Source of the DNA: Dehalococcoidia bacterium
GTDB taxonomy: Bacteria; Chloroflexota; Dehalococcoidia; UBA6926
Length of the DNA: 64,000 bases
Direction: 5' to 3'
Assembly: GCA_963666115.2 (NCBI GenBank)
Contig: CAXXET010000004.1
Coordinates: 352,001 to 416,000, forward strand
Part shown: positions 48,100 to 57,925 of the stretch, in pieces
Layout: every line of letters starts with the position of its first letter
Numbering within the stretch: position 1 is the first letter of the stretch
Notes under the pieces: generated by a model
The model's input: only the letters and a program-made list of their open reading frames with translations
What the model was told of the DNA's origin: nothing
Database searches by the model: none
Program-made: the position numbers and the translations under genes

Positions 48100-51000
48100 G
48101 TGAGTTTGGCGGGGTTGGGCGAGGGGCTGCGGCGGCGGTATGCGTACCGTCGGCTGGTGGAGGCTCTTCGCGCGGGGCAGGCTGAGCCTATCCTGCTCGA
48201 TCCGCTGGAGGGGGCTGCGCCGTTCATCGTGGCGAGCCTGTGGCGCGACCTGGGGCGGCCGGTGCTGTGGCTCCACGCGGGCGCGGAGGACGCGCGGCGC
48301 GCGTTTGAGCAGGTCAGCGTTTACGTGCCATCGTCCGCGGCGAACGCCGTCATTCCCTACCCTGAGCCGGACGCCCTGCCCTACGAACAGCTGGCGAACG
48401 ACGCGACGACCACTCGCGAACGTCTGCGAGCGCTCTCTGCCCTGGCGGATTTCAGCGGCGAGGCGCAGGAGGCCCGCCTGCAGGAGATCGTGGCGCGCCC
48501 TGCCCCGTTCATCATCGCCAGCGCATACGCCGCCGCCGCCATCACCCTGCCGCCGGAGGATTTTCAACGCGCCACCTTTACCTTGAGCGTGGGGGAATCG
48601 GTTTCCATTGACGGTATTTTGTCCGATGCAGTGGAGTTGGGGTATGAACCGGTCGCGGCAATCGAGACACCGGGGACGGTGAGCCGTCGTGGCGGCATCG
48701 TCGATATTTGGCCGCCGCAGGACGACAACCCGGTTCGCATTGAGCTGTTTGGTGACATCATCGACAGCATTCGTTGGTTCGACGCGGCAACGCAACGGTC
48801 AACGACGGAAGTGGAAGAGGTCGTCGTCACGCCGGCGCTGGAGTTGATTCCGCCCGCCGTGAGGGGCGCACCGGCCGTCGATCTTGACGGGCTTGGGGAT
48901 GATGAGGCGGTGGCGTTCAGGGATGAGTTGGGGCGGTTCGCGGAGGGGGCCGCCGTGCCGGGCGTCGGGTTCTACGCGCCGTATTTTCACCGTTCGATTT
49001 TGACCGACCACCTGCCGGACGAGACGGTGGTGATCGTTGACCGGCCTATCAGTGTGCGGGCACGGCTGGACGAGGTCATCCGGCGGGGCTTGGAGATACG
49101 CGATGGGCAGGTCGAGCGGGGCAAGCTGCCACGCGGCTTTCCAAGCCCCGTCGCCACATCCGAGCGGCTTGAACTGTCGCTGGCGGACGTGCCGCGCCGC
49201 CTCCACCTGCAGCCGTTCTCACAGCCATCGCCGGAATCGTCGGAGGCAGGTGCGCAGTCGTTTGGGAGCTTGGGATTCTCACCGCCGGAGACCTATGGGG
49301 GGCGAATCGACCGCCTCAGCGAGGACGCGGCGCGGGAGCGCAGCCGGGGCAACGCGGTCGTCATCGCGTCCTTGCAGGCGCAGCGGCTTGCGGAACTGCT
49401 GCGGGAGAACGGGCATGAGCTTTCGCTTCGCAAGGACATGGACGCCGTGCCCACGCCGGGGAGCCTCGTGCTCGTCCAGACGGCGTTGGCGGAGGGGTGG
49501 GAACTCAGCGGAGGCGAGTCTGGCGCCGGCGGGTCGATATTGACGCTTTCGGATACAGAAGTATTTGGGTTCATCAAGCGGGCGCGTCCACTGCGGCGCC
49601 GGGTGGCGCGCCGCGACGCGTTCCTGTCCGATTTCGTGGAAGGGGATTACATCGTCCACGTGGAGCACGGCATCGCGCGGTTTAAAGGGACGGTGGAGCG
49701 AACCGTAGACGGCGCGGAGAGGGAGTATCTCGTGCTGGGGTACGCGGGCGGGGACACGCTGTACGTGCCGACGGACCAGGTTGACCGCGTGGCGCGGTAC
49801 ACAGGCACCGGGAACAACCCGTCGCTGACGCGGCTGGGCGGCAACGAATGGGCCAACACCAAGCGGCGGGTGAAGGAGGACGCGCTGCGGTTCGCGGAGG
49901 AGCTGCTGCGGCTGTACGCGGAGCGGGAGGTCAGCTCGCGCGCGCCGTTCGGGGGGGAGACGGCGTGGCAGTGGGAGTTGGAGAGTTCGTTCCCGTACCA
50001 GGAGACGGAGGACCAGCTACAGGCTATCAATGACGTGAAGTCGGACATGGAGGCGGAAAGCCCGATGGATCGCCTCATCTGCGGCGACGTTGGCTACGGC
50101 AAGACGGAGGTGGCGGTGCGGGCGGCGTTCAAGGCGGTGGCGGCGGGATCGCAGGTAGCCGTCCTCGTGCCGACGACGGTTCTGGCGCAGCAGCACTACC
50201 GCACGTTCATGGAGCGGCTGGAGACGTTCCCGCTGCGCGTGGACATGCTGTCGCGCTTGCGGACGGACGCGGAACAGAAGGAAACGGTGGCGTCGCTGGC
50301 GCGCGGGGAAATCGACGTTGTCATCGGCACACACCGGCTGCTGTCCAGGGACGTGGGCTTTCGCAATTTGGGGCTGGTGATCATCGACGAGGAGCAGCGG
50401 TTTGGGGTGCGGCACAAGGAGCATTTGCGCAAGATGCGGGCGACGGTGGACGTGCTGACGATGACGGCGACGCCGATACCGCGCACGCTGCACATGGCGT
50501 TGTTCGGGATTCGCGACATGAGCCGCATCGACACCGCGCCGGAGGAGCGCATCCCCGTGACAACGTTCGTGGCGGAGCAGGAGGACCGGACGATCCGGGA
50601 GGCGATCCTGCGCGAGACGGATCGTGGCGGGCAGATATTCTTCGTCCACAACCGAATCCAGGACATTCACCAGACGCTGGAGCGTTTGCAGGAGCTTGTG
50701 CCGGAGGCGAGCTTCGGCGTGGCGCACGGGCGGATGCCGCCGGACTCGCTGGAACACGTGATGGACTCGTTCGCGTCGCAAGAGTTCGACGTGCTGGTCT
50801 GCACGACGATCATCCAGGCGGGGTTGGACATGCCGAACGCGAACACGTTGATCGTGGACGACGCGGACCGGCTCGGCTTGACGCAGTTGTACCAGCTTCG
50901 GGGGCGCGTGGGGCGCTCCTCTATACGCGCGTATGCGTATTTCCTGTTCAGGCGGGACCGCGTGCTGACCCCGACAGCGGAGCGGCGGCTGCGGGCGATT

Positions 51001-51696
51001 TTATCGGCGGCGGAGCTTGGCGCGGGGTTCCGGCTGGCGATGAAGGACCTGGAGATACGCGGCGCGGGCAACATCCTGGGCGCGGAGCAGAGCGGCAACG
51101 TGGCGGCGGTCGGATTCGACCTGTACACGCGGCTGCTCTCGGAGGCTATTGAGGAGGTACGCAAGGGCAAGCCGGCGCACGTGCCGGACGAGCCGGGGCT
51201 GACGGGAGGGAGAACGCTGCTGGCGGCGGGGGCGGCGCGCGCGCCCGTCGATCTGCCCGCCGACGCTCGCATCCCAACGGGCTACGTGGAGGACACGGGA
51301 ACGCGGCTGGCGGTGTACGAACGGCTGGCGAATCTTGTTGATCCGTCGGAAGTGGAGACGATTCGCGCAGAGTTGCGGGATCGGTTTGGGCCGCTACCGC
51401 AGCAGGTGGACGATCTGCTGCTGGCTGTGGACATTCGCGCGCAGACAGGGCAGCTCCGGGGGATGGCGCGGGCAATCGCGACGGAGGGGGCGGAAATCGT
51501 CGTGCGGCTCAGGGACGTCTATTGGCTTGATCGGGAGGCGATACGGCGGGCGCTGCCGAACGCGAACGTGGGACATCTACAGATACGAATTCCGGCGGGC
51601 GCGGGGGCAGGATGGCGTGAACAACTACGCCAACTGATGGAGGAGTTCCAGCAGATGAGTAGAACAGTGGCGACAAGAGACACGGCAATGGCTTAG
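48100..51696 (+). CDS. mfd: Transcription-repair coupling factor
   Basis: RRGGIVDI, GDYIVHVEHGI, MDRLICGDVGYGKTEVA, IIDEEQRFGV, TATPIPRTL, QLRGRVGRS and DLEIRGAGN. Confidence 0.98.
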   Translation: MSLAGLGEGLRRRYAYRRLVEALRAGQAEPILLDPLEGAAPFIVASLWRDLGRPVLWLHAGAEDARRAFEQVSVYVPSSAANAVIPYPEPDALPYEQLANDATTTRERLRALSALADFSGEAQEARLQEIVARPAPFIIASAYAAAAITLPPEDFQRATFTLSVGESVSIDGILSDAVELGYEPVAAIETPGTVSRRGGIVDIWPPQDDNPVRIELFGDIIDSIRWFDAATQRSTTEVEEVVVTPALELIPPAVRGAPAVDLDGLGDDEAVAFRDELGRFAEGAAVPGVGFYAPYFHRSILTDHLPDETVVIVDRPISVRARLDEVIRRGLEIRDGQVERGKLPRGFPSPVATSERLELSLADVPRRLHLQPFSQPSPESSEAGAQSFGSLGFSPPETYGGRIDRLSEDAARERSRGNAVVIASLQAQRLAELLRENGHELSLRKDMDAVPTPGSLVLVQTALAEGWELSGGESGAGGSILTLSDTEVFGFIKRARPLRRRVARRDAFLSDFVEGDYIVHVEHGIARFKGTVERTVDGAEREYLVLGYAGGDTLYVPTDQVDRVARYTGTGNNPSLTRLGGNEWANTKRRVKEDALRFAEELLRLYAEREVSSRAPFGGETAWQWELESSFPYQETEDQLQAINDVKSDMEAESPMDRLICGDVGYGKTEVAVRAAFKAVAAGSQVAVLVPTTVLAQQHYRTFMERLETFPLRVDMLSRLRTDAEQKETVASLARGEIDVVIGTHRLLSRDVGFRNLGLVIIDEEQRFGVRHKEHLRKMRATVDVLTMTATPIPRTLHMALFGIRDMSRIDTAPEERIPVTTFVAEQEDRTIREAILRETDRGGQIFFVHNRIQDIHQTLERLQELVPEASFGVAHGRMPPDSLEHVMDSFASQEFDVLVCTTIIQAGLDMPNANTLIVDDADRLGLTQLYQLRGRVGRSSIRAYAYFLFRRDRVLTPTAERRLRAILSAAELGAGFRLAMKDLEIRGAGNILGAEQSGNVAAVGFDLYTRLLSEAIEEVRKGKPAHVPDEPGLTGGRTLLAAGAARAPVDLPADARIPTGYVEDTGTRLAVYERLANLVDPSEVETIRAELRDRFGPLPQQVDDLLLAVDIRAQTGQLRGMARAIATEGAEIVVRLRDVYWLDREAIRRALPNANVGHLQIRIPAGAGAGWREQLRQLMEEFQQMSRTVATRDTAMA

Positions 51697-51782
51697 AAGC
51701 TAAGGACAGCGGTCATGGGTTTGGGGTACGCTTCTGACATTGTTGCTTACACTACTCTTGGCACAGTTTAGGAGGAGCGAAC

Positions 51783-52394
51783 GTGCGCCGGCGCAAAACG
51801 ACCTTAGGGCGAGGAGCATTCGGCCACTACGTGCCGCAAGACCAGCATCATCGCCAGACTCTCGGCCGGATTCTTCACAGAGGGGCGCCGCTTACGGAGG
51901 ACGCAGTGTTCCTGGCCCTAGCACTCATTCTCAAAGAGCGGAACGGCAGTCGCGTATTTCAAAAGGTTCGCGCAAGCAAGAGCCTCCCCGATGGCAGTTC
52001 CTTCTATTTCTCACCTGATATCGACCTGCTGGAAGTGCGGCCAAGCGGAACGGTTGTCGGCTACGAATTGAAGGGGTATCGCCGCTCCAAGACAATGCAA
52101 CCACCAACCTACTACGAGGGACTGGATCAAGCGATGACCATCCTTATGAATCCTGCGAGTTCTCCGTATTCGAGGTTCTTCGCAGGCAGTGTCTTCGACC
52201 ACAGCTATCTCGTTCATCCCGAAGGCTCAGGCATCAGCAAAATCGACGATTTAGTCCGTCTCTGTACGCCAGTCGGGCTGATCGTCGTGGACCACACAGG
52301 AACCAAAGAAATCGTCAAGCCGAAGATGAATCCCTTTCTGGACGAAGGGCTGAAGAAACTGTTTCTAGAGAACCTCGACTCGCTGAGCACCTAA
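51783..52394 (+). CDS. Hypothetical protein, putative PD-(D/E)XK nuclease fold
   Basis: TE...PDIDLL...GYELKG...GLDQA pattern; AGGAGG RBS; lower GC. Confidence 0.6.
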   Translation: MRRRKTTLGRGAFGHYVPQDQHHRQTLGRILHRGAPLTEDAVFLALALILKERNGSRVFQKVRASKSLPDGSSFYFSPDIDLLEVRPSGTVVGYELKGYRRSKTMQPPTYYEGLDQAMTILMNPASSPYSRFFAGSVFDHSYLVHPEGSGISKIDDLVRLCTPVGLIVVDHTGTKEIVKPKMNPFLDEGLKKLFLENLDSLST

Positions 52395-52480
52395 GAGAAC
52401 AACTGGAAAGTCAACCCAGTTCAGTAGACTGCGCGCAAACCGCGCACCGCTCGCAGTCGTCGCGAGAAAGTCGTAGCGGG

Positions 52481-52879
52481 TTAGCGGGGGCGGTTGCGGC
52501 GGTTGCGGATACGGTCCCAGAGGGAGGGGCCTGGGGGGCGTTCATAGAGGGTCTGGCCGCGCCATCGCTTTTCATAGCCGCCGGGGAGGTTGGCCGGCGA
52601 GCCGTTCCTGAAGTAGCTGAGGTAGGCCGCGCCGAGCAGGATGAGGCCGCCGAGGGCGCACGCGGCGCCAATCGAGCCTGAGACGCCCCATAGGAGCGCG
52701 CCGACGATGAGAAGGACGAGGCCGAGAACGGCGGCGTACTTGACACCGCCCATGAAGGAACGGCGCTGGCCCTCCGCAGGGCGGCGTCGCGGGGCGCGGC
52801 GGGCACGGCGGGGCGGAGGCGGCAGGCTGCCCGCCTTCTCCACGATGTCCTCAATCTCACGCTCGAAACGATCACTCAT
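52481..52879 (-). CDS. Hypothetical membrane protein
   Basis: MSDRFEREIEDI, two TM helices, YEKRWRGQ; -10 box 6 nt upstream. Confidence 0.7.
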   Translation of the reverse strand: MSDRFEREIEDIVEKAGSLPPPPRRARRAPRRRPAEGQRRSFMGGVKYAAVLGLVLLIVGALLWGVSGSIGAACALGGLILLGAAYLSYFRNGSPANLPGGYEKRWRGQTLYERPPGPSLWDRIRNRRNRPR

Positions 52880-52899
52880 GTTGGCAGTATACTCTGACG

Positions 52900-53493
52900 A
52901 TGACCGATTCACAGCACCTGCCGTCGCTTGCGCCGGACAGCGTCCGCGCCGCGCTTGGCTCCTACGAGCCTGAGCTCATCAATGATGAGTCGTTGATGCC
53001 GTCCGCCGTTTTGTTGCCGATCATCGAGGGGCCAGCGGGGCCGAGCATCCTGTTCACCGTGCGGACATCGCGGGTGGAGCACCACAAGGGGGAGGTTTCG
53101 TTCCCGGGCGGGGCGCGTGACCCGGAGGACGAGACTATCGAACGGACGGCCATCCGCGAGACACATGAGGAAGTCGGGATCGAGCCGGACAAGGTCGAGG
53201 TTCTCGGCAGGCTGAATGACCACACGACGCGGACGGGCTACCACATCACGCCGTTCGTGGGAATTGTACGGCCGGGGGCGGACTACGAGCATGACCGGTT
53301 TGAGGTGAACGAGGTCTTTGAGGTTCCGTTCGCGGATTTGTGGGGGACTTACCTGGAGGGGCGGCAGCCGTTCAGGTACGGGGAGCGAACCATCATGGCG
53401 TATGAGTTTCACCATGAGGGGTATCGCATCTGGGGGGCGACGGCGGGGATTTTGGCGGAGTTCTTCGATGTTTTGCGGGCGGGGTTCGCATGA
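52900..53493 (+). CDS. CoA pyrophosphatase (NUDIX, NudL/PCD1-like)
   Basis: SAVLLP, HKGEVSFPGG, AIRETHEEVGI and IWGATA. Confidence 0.93.
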   Translation: MTDSQHLPSLAPDSVRAALGSYEPELINDESLMPSAVLLPIIEGPAGPSILFTVRTSRVEHHKGEVSFPGGARDPEDETIERTAIRETHEEVGIEPDKVEVLGRLNDHTTRTGYHITPFVGIVRPGADYEHDRFEVNEVFEVPFADLWGTYLEGRQPFRYGERTIMAYEFHHEGYRIWGATAGILAEFFDVLRAGFA

Positions 53494-53668
53494 TAGTTCC
53501 ATGATTCCTGGTTAGGGGTTTGCAGGCTTTTGTCTGCTGTATGGCGCATTGCAGGCGCATTGATAGCGGCTTGTGGAAACCCGTATACTCGTGACAAACA
53601 CATTACGCCAATGGCGCCCTTTCAGGGTTTGGACACGCGCGTGATGAACCAGGAGCCTGCAAGCGTCT

Positions 53669-56600
53669 ATGGAGAAACGACTTACTCAGTCCAGACACTT
53701 CGTCTTCGCCCTGGCGGCCGTGCTGATCGCATTCCTGGGCATCCAGGCCCTCGCCGCGGCGCCCACTCCCGCGCACGGCCAGAGCGGCATCGCTCTAAGC
53801 GTTAGCAACATCAGCGCAGCGTCCCCAACGACCGCAACACTAACGAGCACGGCGAGCAGTTGGTCATACAGCCGCACCGCGCCGGACACGACGGACTGCA
53901 CGGCGGTCACCGGAACCACCGCAAACCTCACCGGCCTTGCGCCGGCAACGTCCTATACATACGGCGCATGGTCGACCAGCGACTGCACGGGATCCAACAC
54001 GGCCACCAAATCCTTTGCGACCGCCCCAACCTCGCCGGGCGCGTTATCCGCGACGCCCTATCACCAGAGCATCGGCATCTCGTGGATCCACGGGTCCAGG
54101 GTTGAGAACAGTCCCAACGGCAGCGCGATCAAGTATTGGCAATACAAGAAAGGCGCCGTCGCCAATAATCAGACCACCTGGGACGCCGACTGGACCAATC
54201 TCTGCGAGACGGATTCCACTACCGACCTCAATCTCCCTGTGGTGGATCAATGCCCCAACAGGAACAGCGGTACCGTGGCCAGCCTCACGAACGGCACGTC
54301 TTACCAGGTTCGAGTGCGCGCCTGCAACAACAACACCGACAGCAACATCAACAGCGGCAACCCGGTGTGCGGCCTGCCATCGCAGAATTCGAACGCCGTC
54401 ACGCCGGTCCCTGTTCCCCTGAAGCCGGATGATCCAACAGCGGCTGCCGGAGACGGACAGGCCACGCTGGGCTGGGCCGCGATTGCCGACAACGGGAGTT
54501 CGGTCACTTCCCTGCACTACATCAAGAAGGCCGGGACGGGCCAATTTGAGACCACGTGGATGACTATCTGCGTGACGGCGCCGACAACTGATCCCAACTA
54601 CGATGCCAATTGCGCCACCTTGAGGAGTTATGCGGTGACCGGCCTGACCAACGGCACGGCCTACCGGTTCAAGGTTCGCGCGGCAAACTCACACGGCAAC
54701 AGCCCGCCATCAATCCCGACAAACGAGGTGACGCCGGCGACGACCCCACCGGCGCCGAGCGCGACGGCGGATGCCCGCAACGCGAGCGTCAATCTCTCCT
54801 GGACGCCCGGCGTCGACCCCAACGGCGGCGGCGGGGACGGGGGCGACCCGATCACCAAGTGGCAATATGAGCAAAAGACCGGCAGCACGTGGAGCGGCAC
54901 GTGGACCGACATCTGCGTGACGTCGAGCGACAGCACGTGCCCCGCCAAGACGAGCTACACCGTCAGCAGCCTCACGAACGGCACGGCCTACCAGTTCAAG
55001 GTGCGCGCCGTGAACACCCTCGGCAACGGCGCGGAATCAGCGGAGACAACCGCAGTTACGCCGGCCACGGTTCCCGCCACGCCGACGAACCTGGCGGGGG
55101 CGGGCTACGACAGGAGCGCCAGGCTGTCGTGGGCGATAACCGGCACAAACATCACCAAATTGCAATACATCAAGAAGGCGGGAGCGGCTGCTTTCGAGAC
55201 GATGTGGACGGACATCCCGGGCAGCGGGGCGAGCACGATACTGCATACCGTGACCGGCCTGACGAACGGCACGGCGTATGAGTTCAAGGTTCGCGCGGTG
55301 AACGGCGACGTCAAGGGCGACGCCTCGGCCTCGTCGGGCGCCGTGACGCCTGCGGGAGCGCCATTCGCGCCGACCGCGGCGGCGAAGGCCGGCGTCATGA
55401 GCGCCATGCTGTCCTGGGGCGCCGTCAACGATAACGGCAGCGCGATCATAAAGTGGCAGTACATCAAGAAGGCGGGAACGGGCGCTTTCGAGGACACGTG
55501 GATCGACATCTGTGTAACGACGCCGACAACTGATCCCAACTACGATGCCAACTGCGCCGCCAGGACGAGTTATACCGTCACCGGCCTGACGAACGGCACG
55601 GCGTACCGGTTCAAGGTTCGCGCCGTGAATACTGCCCTCGACAACAACGGTGTCGGCGCGGAATCAGGGGCGACGACCGCCGTGACGCCGAATTCGAAGC
55701 CCGCGACGCCAACGAACCTGGCAGGGACAGGCGACGACAAGAGCGCCGCCCTGTCCTGGAGCATGACCGGCACGAACATCACCACGTGGCAGTACGTCAA
55801 GAAGACGGGAACGGGCGATTTCGAGACCACGTGGGCGGACATTCCGGGCAGCGGGGCGGACACGCGCTCATATACCGTGACCGGCCTCACGAATGAGACG
55901 ACATATGAGTTCAAGATTCGCGCGGTGAACGGGGAGATCGAAGGCGATGCCTCGGCTTCGTCCGGCCCCGTGACGCCCCGCGTTCCTTTTACCAGCAATG
56001 ATTCATGGAACCCAACGGCGCGGCGCGTGAATGCCGGAGGAGCGGCGCTCTTCATCGACCTCAACGACGGGTTCGACTCAGCGGGATTGGCGATGACGTG
56101 CCGGGCAACATCGGCGCGCCCGGCGGTGGCCACCGTGACCGTGCATGGGACGATGCTGCGAATCAGGCCGGTGGGGTCGGGAACCACGATGATCGAGGTG
56201 ACGTGCCAAGTGACGGTCGTCGGGAAGACGTACAGCGTGACGCATCCCACTCCGATGAGCGTGCGCGTAAACGAGGCGTACGTGCCGCCAACGCCAACGG
56301 CGGCGCCAATGCCGACGGCGACGCCGAGACCCACGGCCACGCCAACACCCAGGCCGACGGCCACGCCTCCGCCGCCGGTGCCGACGAACACGCCTACTCC
56401 AACGCCCGAGCCGACGGCGACACCCGAGCCGACAGCAACGCCGACGCCCACGAACACGCCCCTTCCGGCAACGCCAACCGCGACGGCTGAGCCGGACGGG
56501 GGCATCGGTGGTGGAGACATCCTCATTATCCTGATCGGCCTTCTGGCGCTCCTGGCAGCCGGGGCCTATCTGCTTTGGGTACGGCAAGGAGAGCGCGGCC

Positions 56601-56737
56601 CGTCCGGCAGTCCGCCGAGCGGCCCGCCGGCTACGGGACCGGGTCTTGACGTCAACGACAACCCAACATCATCAGGCATGACGGACGGGGACGACATGGA
56701 TGACGGTGACGGCGGGGAGGATGAACAGCGGGGATAG
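53669..56737 (+). CDS. Cell-surface protein with tandem fibronectin type III repeats, Pro/Thr linker and C-terminal TM anchor
   Basis: Signal peptide; repeated L.W...I.KWQY...W.DI...SYTVTGLTNGTAY.FKVRAVN units; (PTATP)n; TM helix and acidic tail. Confidence 0.9.
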   Translation: MEKRLTQSRHFVFALAAVLIAFLGIQALAAAPTPAHGQSGIALSVSNISAASPTTATLTSTASSWSYSRTAPDTTDCTAVTGTTANLTGLAPATSYTYGAWSTSDCTGSNTATKSFATAPTSPGALSATPYHQSIGISWIHGSRVENSPNGSAIKYWQYKKGAVANNQTTWDADWTNLCETDSTTDLNLPVVDQCPNRNSGTVASLTNGTSYQVRVRACNNNTDSNINSGNPVCGLPSQNSNAVTPVPVPLKPDDPTAAAGDGQATLGWAAIADNGSSVTSLHYIKKAGTGQFETTWMTICVTAPTTDPNYDANCATLRSYAVTGLTNGTAYRFKVRAANSHGNSPPSIPTNEVTPATTPPAPSATADARNASVNLSWTPGVDPNGGGGDGGDPITKWQYEQKTGSTWSGTWTDICVTSSDSTCPAKTSYTVSSLTNGTAYQFKVRAVNTLGNGAESAETTAVTPATVPATPTNLAGAGYDRSARLSWAITGTNITKLQYIKKAGAAAFETMWTDIPGSGASTILHTVTGLTNGTAYEFKVRAVNGDVKGDASASSGAVTPAGAPFAPTAAAKAGVMSAMLSWGAVNDNGSAIIKWQYIKKAGTGAFEDTWIDICVTTPTTDPNYDANCAARTSYTVTGLTNGTAYRFKVRAVNTALDNNGVGAESGATTAVTPNSKPATPTNLAGTGDDKSAALSWSMTGTNITTWQYVKKTGTGDFETTWADIPGSGADTRSYTVTGLTNETTYEFKIRAVNGEIEGDASASSGPVTPRVPFTSNDSWNPTARRVNAGGAALFIDLNDGFDSAGLAMTCRATSARPAVATVTVHGTMLRIRPVGSGTTMIEVTCQVTVVGKTYSVTHPTPMSVRVNEAYVPPTPTAAPMPTATPRPTATPTPRPTATPPPPVPTNTPTPTPEPTATPEPTATPTPTNTPLPATPTATAEPDGGIGGGDILIILIGLLALLAAGAYLLWVRQGERGPSGSPPSGPPATGPGLDVNDNPTSSGMTDGDDMDDGDGGEDEQRG

Positions 56738-56746
56738 TCAAACTTC

Positions 56747-56774
56747 TTGACAGCCATGCATAAAGGCTTATAAT
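56747..56774 (+). promoter_or_regulatory. Consensus sigma70 promoter for hsp20
   Basis: TTGACA-16 nt-TATAAT, followed by an AAGGAGG RBS. Confidence 0.8.
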
Positions 56775-56810
56775 AGTGTTATCAAGTTACTAACAAGGAG
56801 GTTAGGAACA

Positions 56811-57197
56811 ATGACGATGACACGTTGGAATCCCTGGTTGGCGCCCGCGTGGCGGCGGAACAGCGGCAATCTCCGCATCGACGTGGAGGACAAGCCGGAT
56901 CACTACAGCCTGACGGCGTCTCTGCCCGGTTTCGAGGCGGACGACGTGGACATCTCGATCACGGGCCGCGTGGTGACGGTGTCGGCGGAGTCCAAGTCGG
57001 AGTCGGAGGACACGGCGGAGGGCGCGTACGTGCTGCGGGAGCGGTACAGCGGCTCGCTGATCCGCCGGCTCATCCTACCCGGGTCGGTGGACGCGGCGAA
57101 CGCCACGTCCGAGTTCACGAACGGGGTGCTGAGGATCAGGCTGCCGAAGGCGTCGGGTTCGGAGACGCACAAGGTGGCTGTTGGGGCCGGGAGCTAG
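56811..57197 (+). CDS. Hsp20/alpha-crystallin small heat-shock protein
   Basis: IDVED, LPG, RER.SG...R...LP..VD and F.NGVL.I.LPK. Confidence 0.93.
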   Translation: MTMTRWNPWLAPAWRRNSGNLRIDVEDKPDHYSLTASLPGFEADDVDISITGRVVTVSAESKSESEDTAEGAYVLRERYSGSLIRRLILPGSVDAANATSEFTNGVLRIRLPKASGSETHKVAVGAGS

Positions 57198-57220
57198 AGG
57201 GTTACCGTGCCTCCCCAACC

Positions 57221-57248
57221 AGGGGCTCCGCCAAAGGGCGGAGCCCCT
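57221..57248. terminator. Hairpin terminator between convergent hsp20 and hicB
   Basis: AGGGGCTCCGCC-aaag-GGCGGAGCCCCT followed by a T-rich run on the + strand. Confidence 0.7.
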
Positions 57249-57251
57249 CTT

Positions 57252-57680
57252 CTATTTTTGGGTAACGGACGATGGCTGGGCGGTTACCTCCAGCCGGATT
57301 CCGATTGCCGAGAGGGCGGCGTCCATCTGATCAAGTCTCGACTTGTGGCGAATGTCCAGGACCCTGTCCACCTGCGGCAGATGCCAGCCGAGGCGCCTTG
57401 CCAGTTCGGCTTTGCCGACGCCCGTGTCTCTCATTCCCTTGTACAACATCACCTTGACAGACGTCAGGGTCGGGACGACGGCATAATAGTCACCCCGGGA
57501 AGGGGCCGGGATGTCCTTTCGGTCGTGAATGCGCGCGGCAATCGCCTCATCGATCGCGTCCACCACGCGCCTCAAGGACTCATCCCGGTTTTCGCCGAAG
57601 GTTGTAACCTCCGGGAGATCGGGACAGGTCACAAAGAGGGTGTCATCGTCATCCTCAAGCACAATTGGGTATGCCAGCAT
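57252..57680 (-). CDS. hicB: HicB family antitoxin
   Basis: YPI.LE.DD...VTCPDLPE..TFG plus C-terminal HTH (KAELARRLGW..PQVDR). Confidence 0.9.
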   Translation of the reverse strand: MLAYPIVLEDDDDTLFVTCPDLPEVTTFGENRDESLRRVVDAIDEAIAARIHDRKDIPAPSRGDYYAVVPTLTSVKVMLYKGMRDTGVGKAELARRLGWHLPQVDRVLDIRHKSRLDQMDAALSAIGIRLEVTAQPSSVTQK

Positions 57681-57868
57681 TAGTCCAACCCCAGATCCTT
57701 CTTTATCTTCTCAACAAGCTTCTTGCCGAGTTCCTTTCGACCGCCGTGCATTGGAAGCTGGCTGGTTCTCTCACCGCGGCGAATGGTGAGATGCCCGCTT
57801 CCGCCCTTGTGCGACTCAAAGGTGCAACCCTGCCTCCTCAGCCATCGGCGGAGTTCATTGGCGTTCAT
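57680..57868 (-). CDS. hicA: HicA family toxin
   Basis: 62-aa basic protein, GGSGH, PMHG..ELG...I.KDLGL; TAATG coupling to hicB. Confidence 0.9.
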   Translation of the reverse strand: MNANELRRWLRRQGCTFESHKGGSGHLTIRRGERTSQLPMHGGRKELGKKLVEKIKKDLGLD

Positions 57869-57925
57869 GCGTGGCCATTATGCGTACACATCGGGGGAAA
57901 GTCAACAGAAATGTTGACTTAGGGG

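Noticed and set aside
56285-56490. Short tandem repeats
   Set aside because: They encode the Pro/Thr linker of the surface protein.
56740-56810. CIRCE or HAIR heat-shock operator before hsp20
   Set aside because: Neither TTAGCACTC-N9-GAGTGCTAA nor CTTGAGT-N7-ACTCAAG is present.
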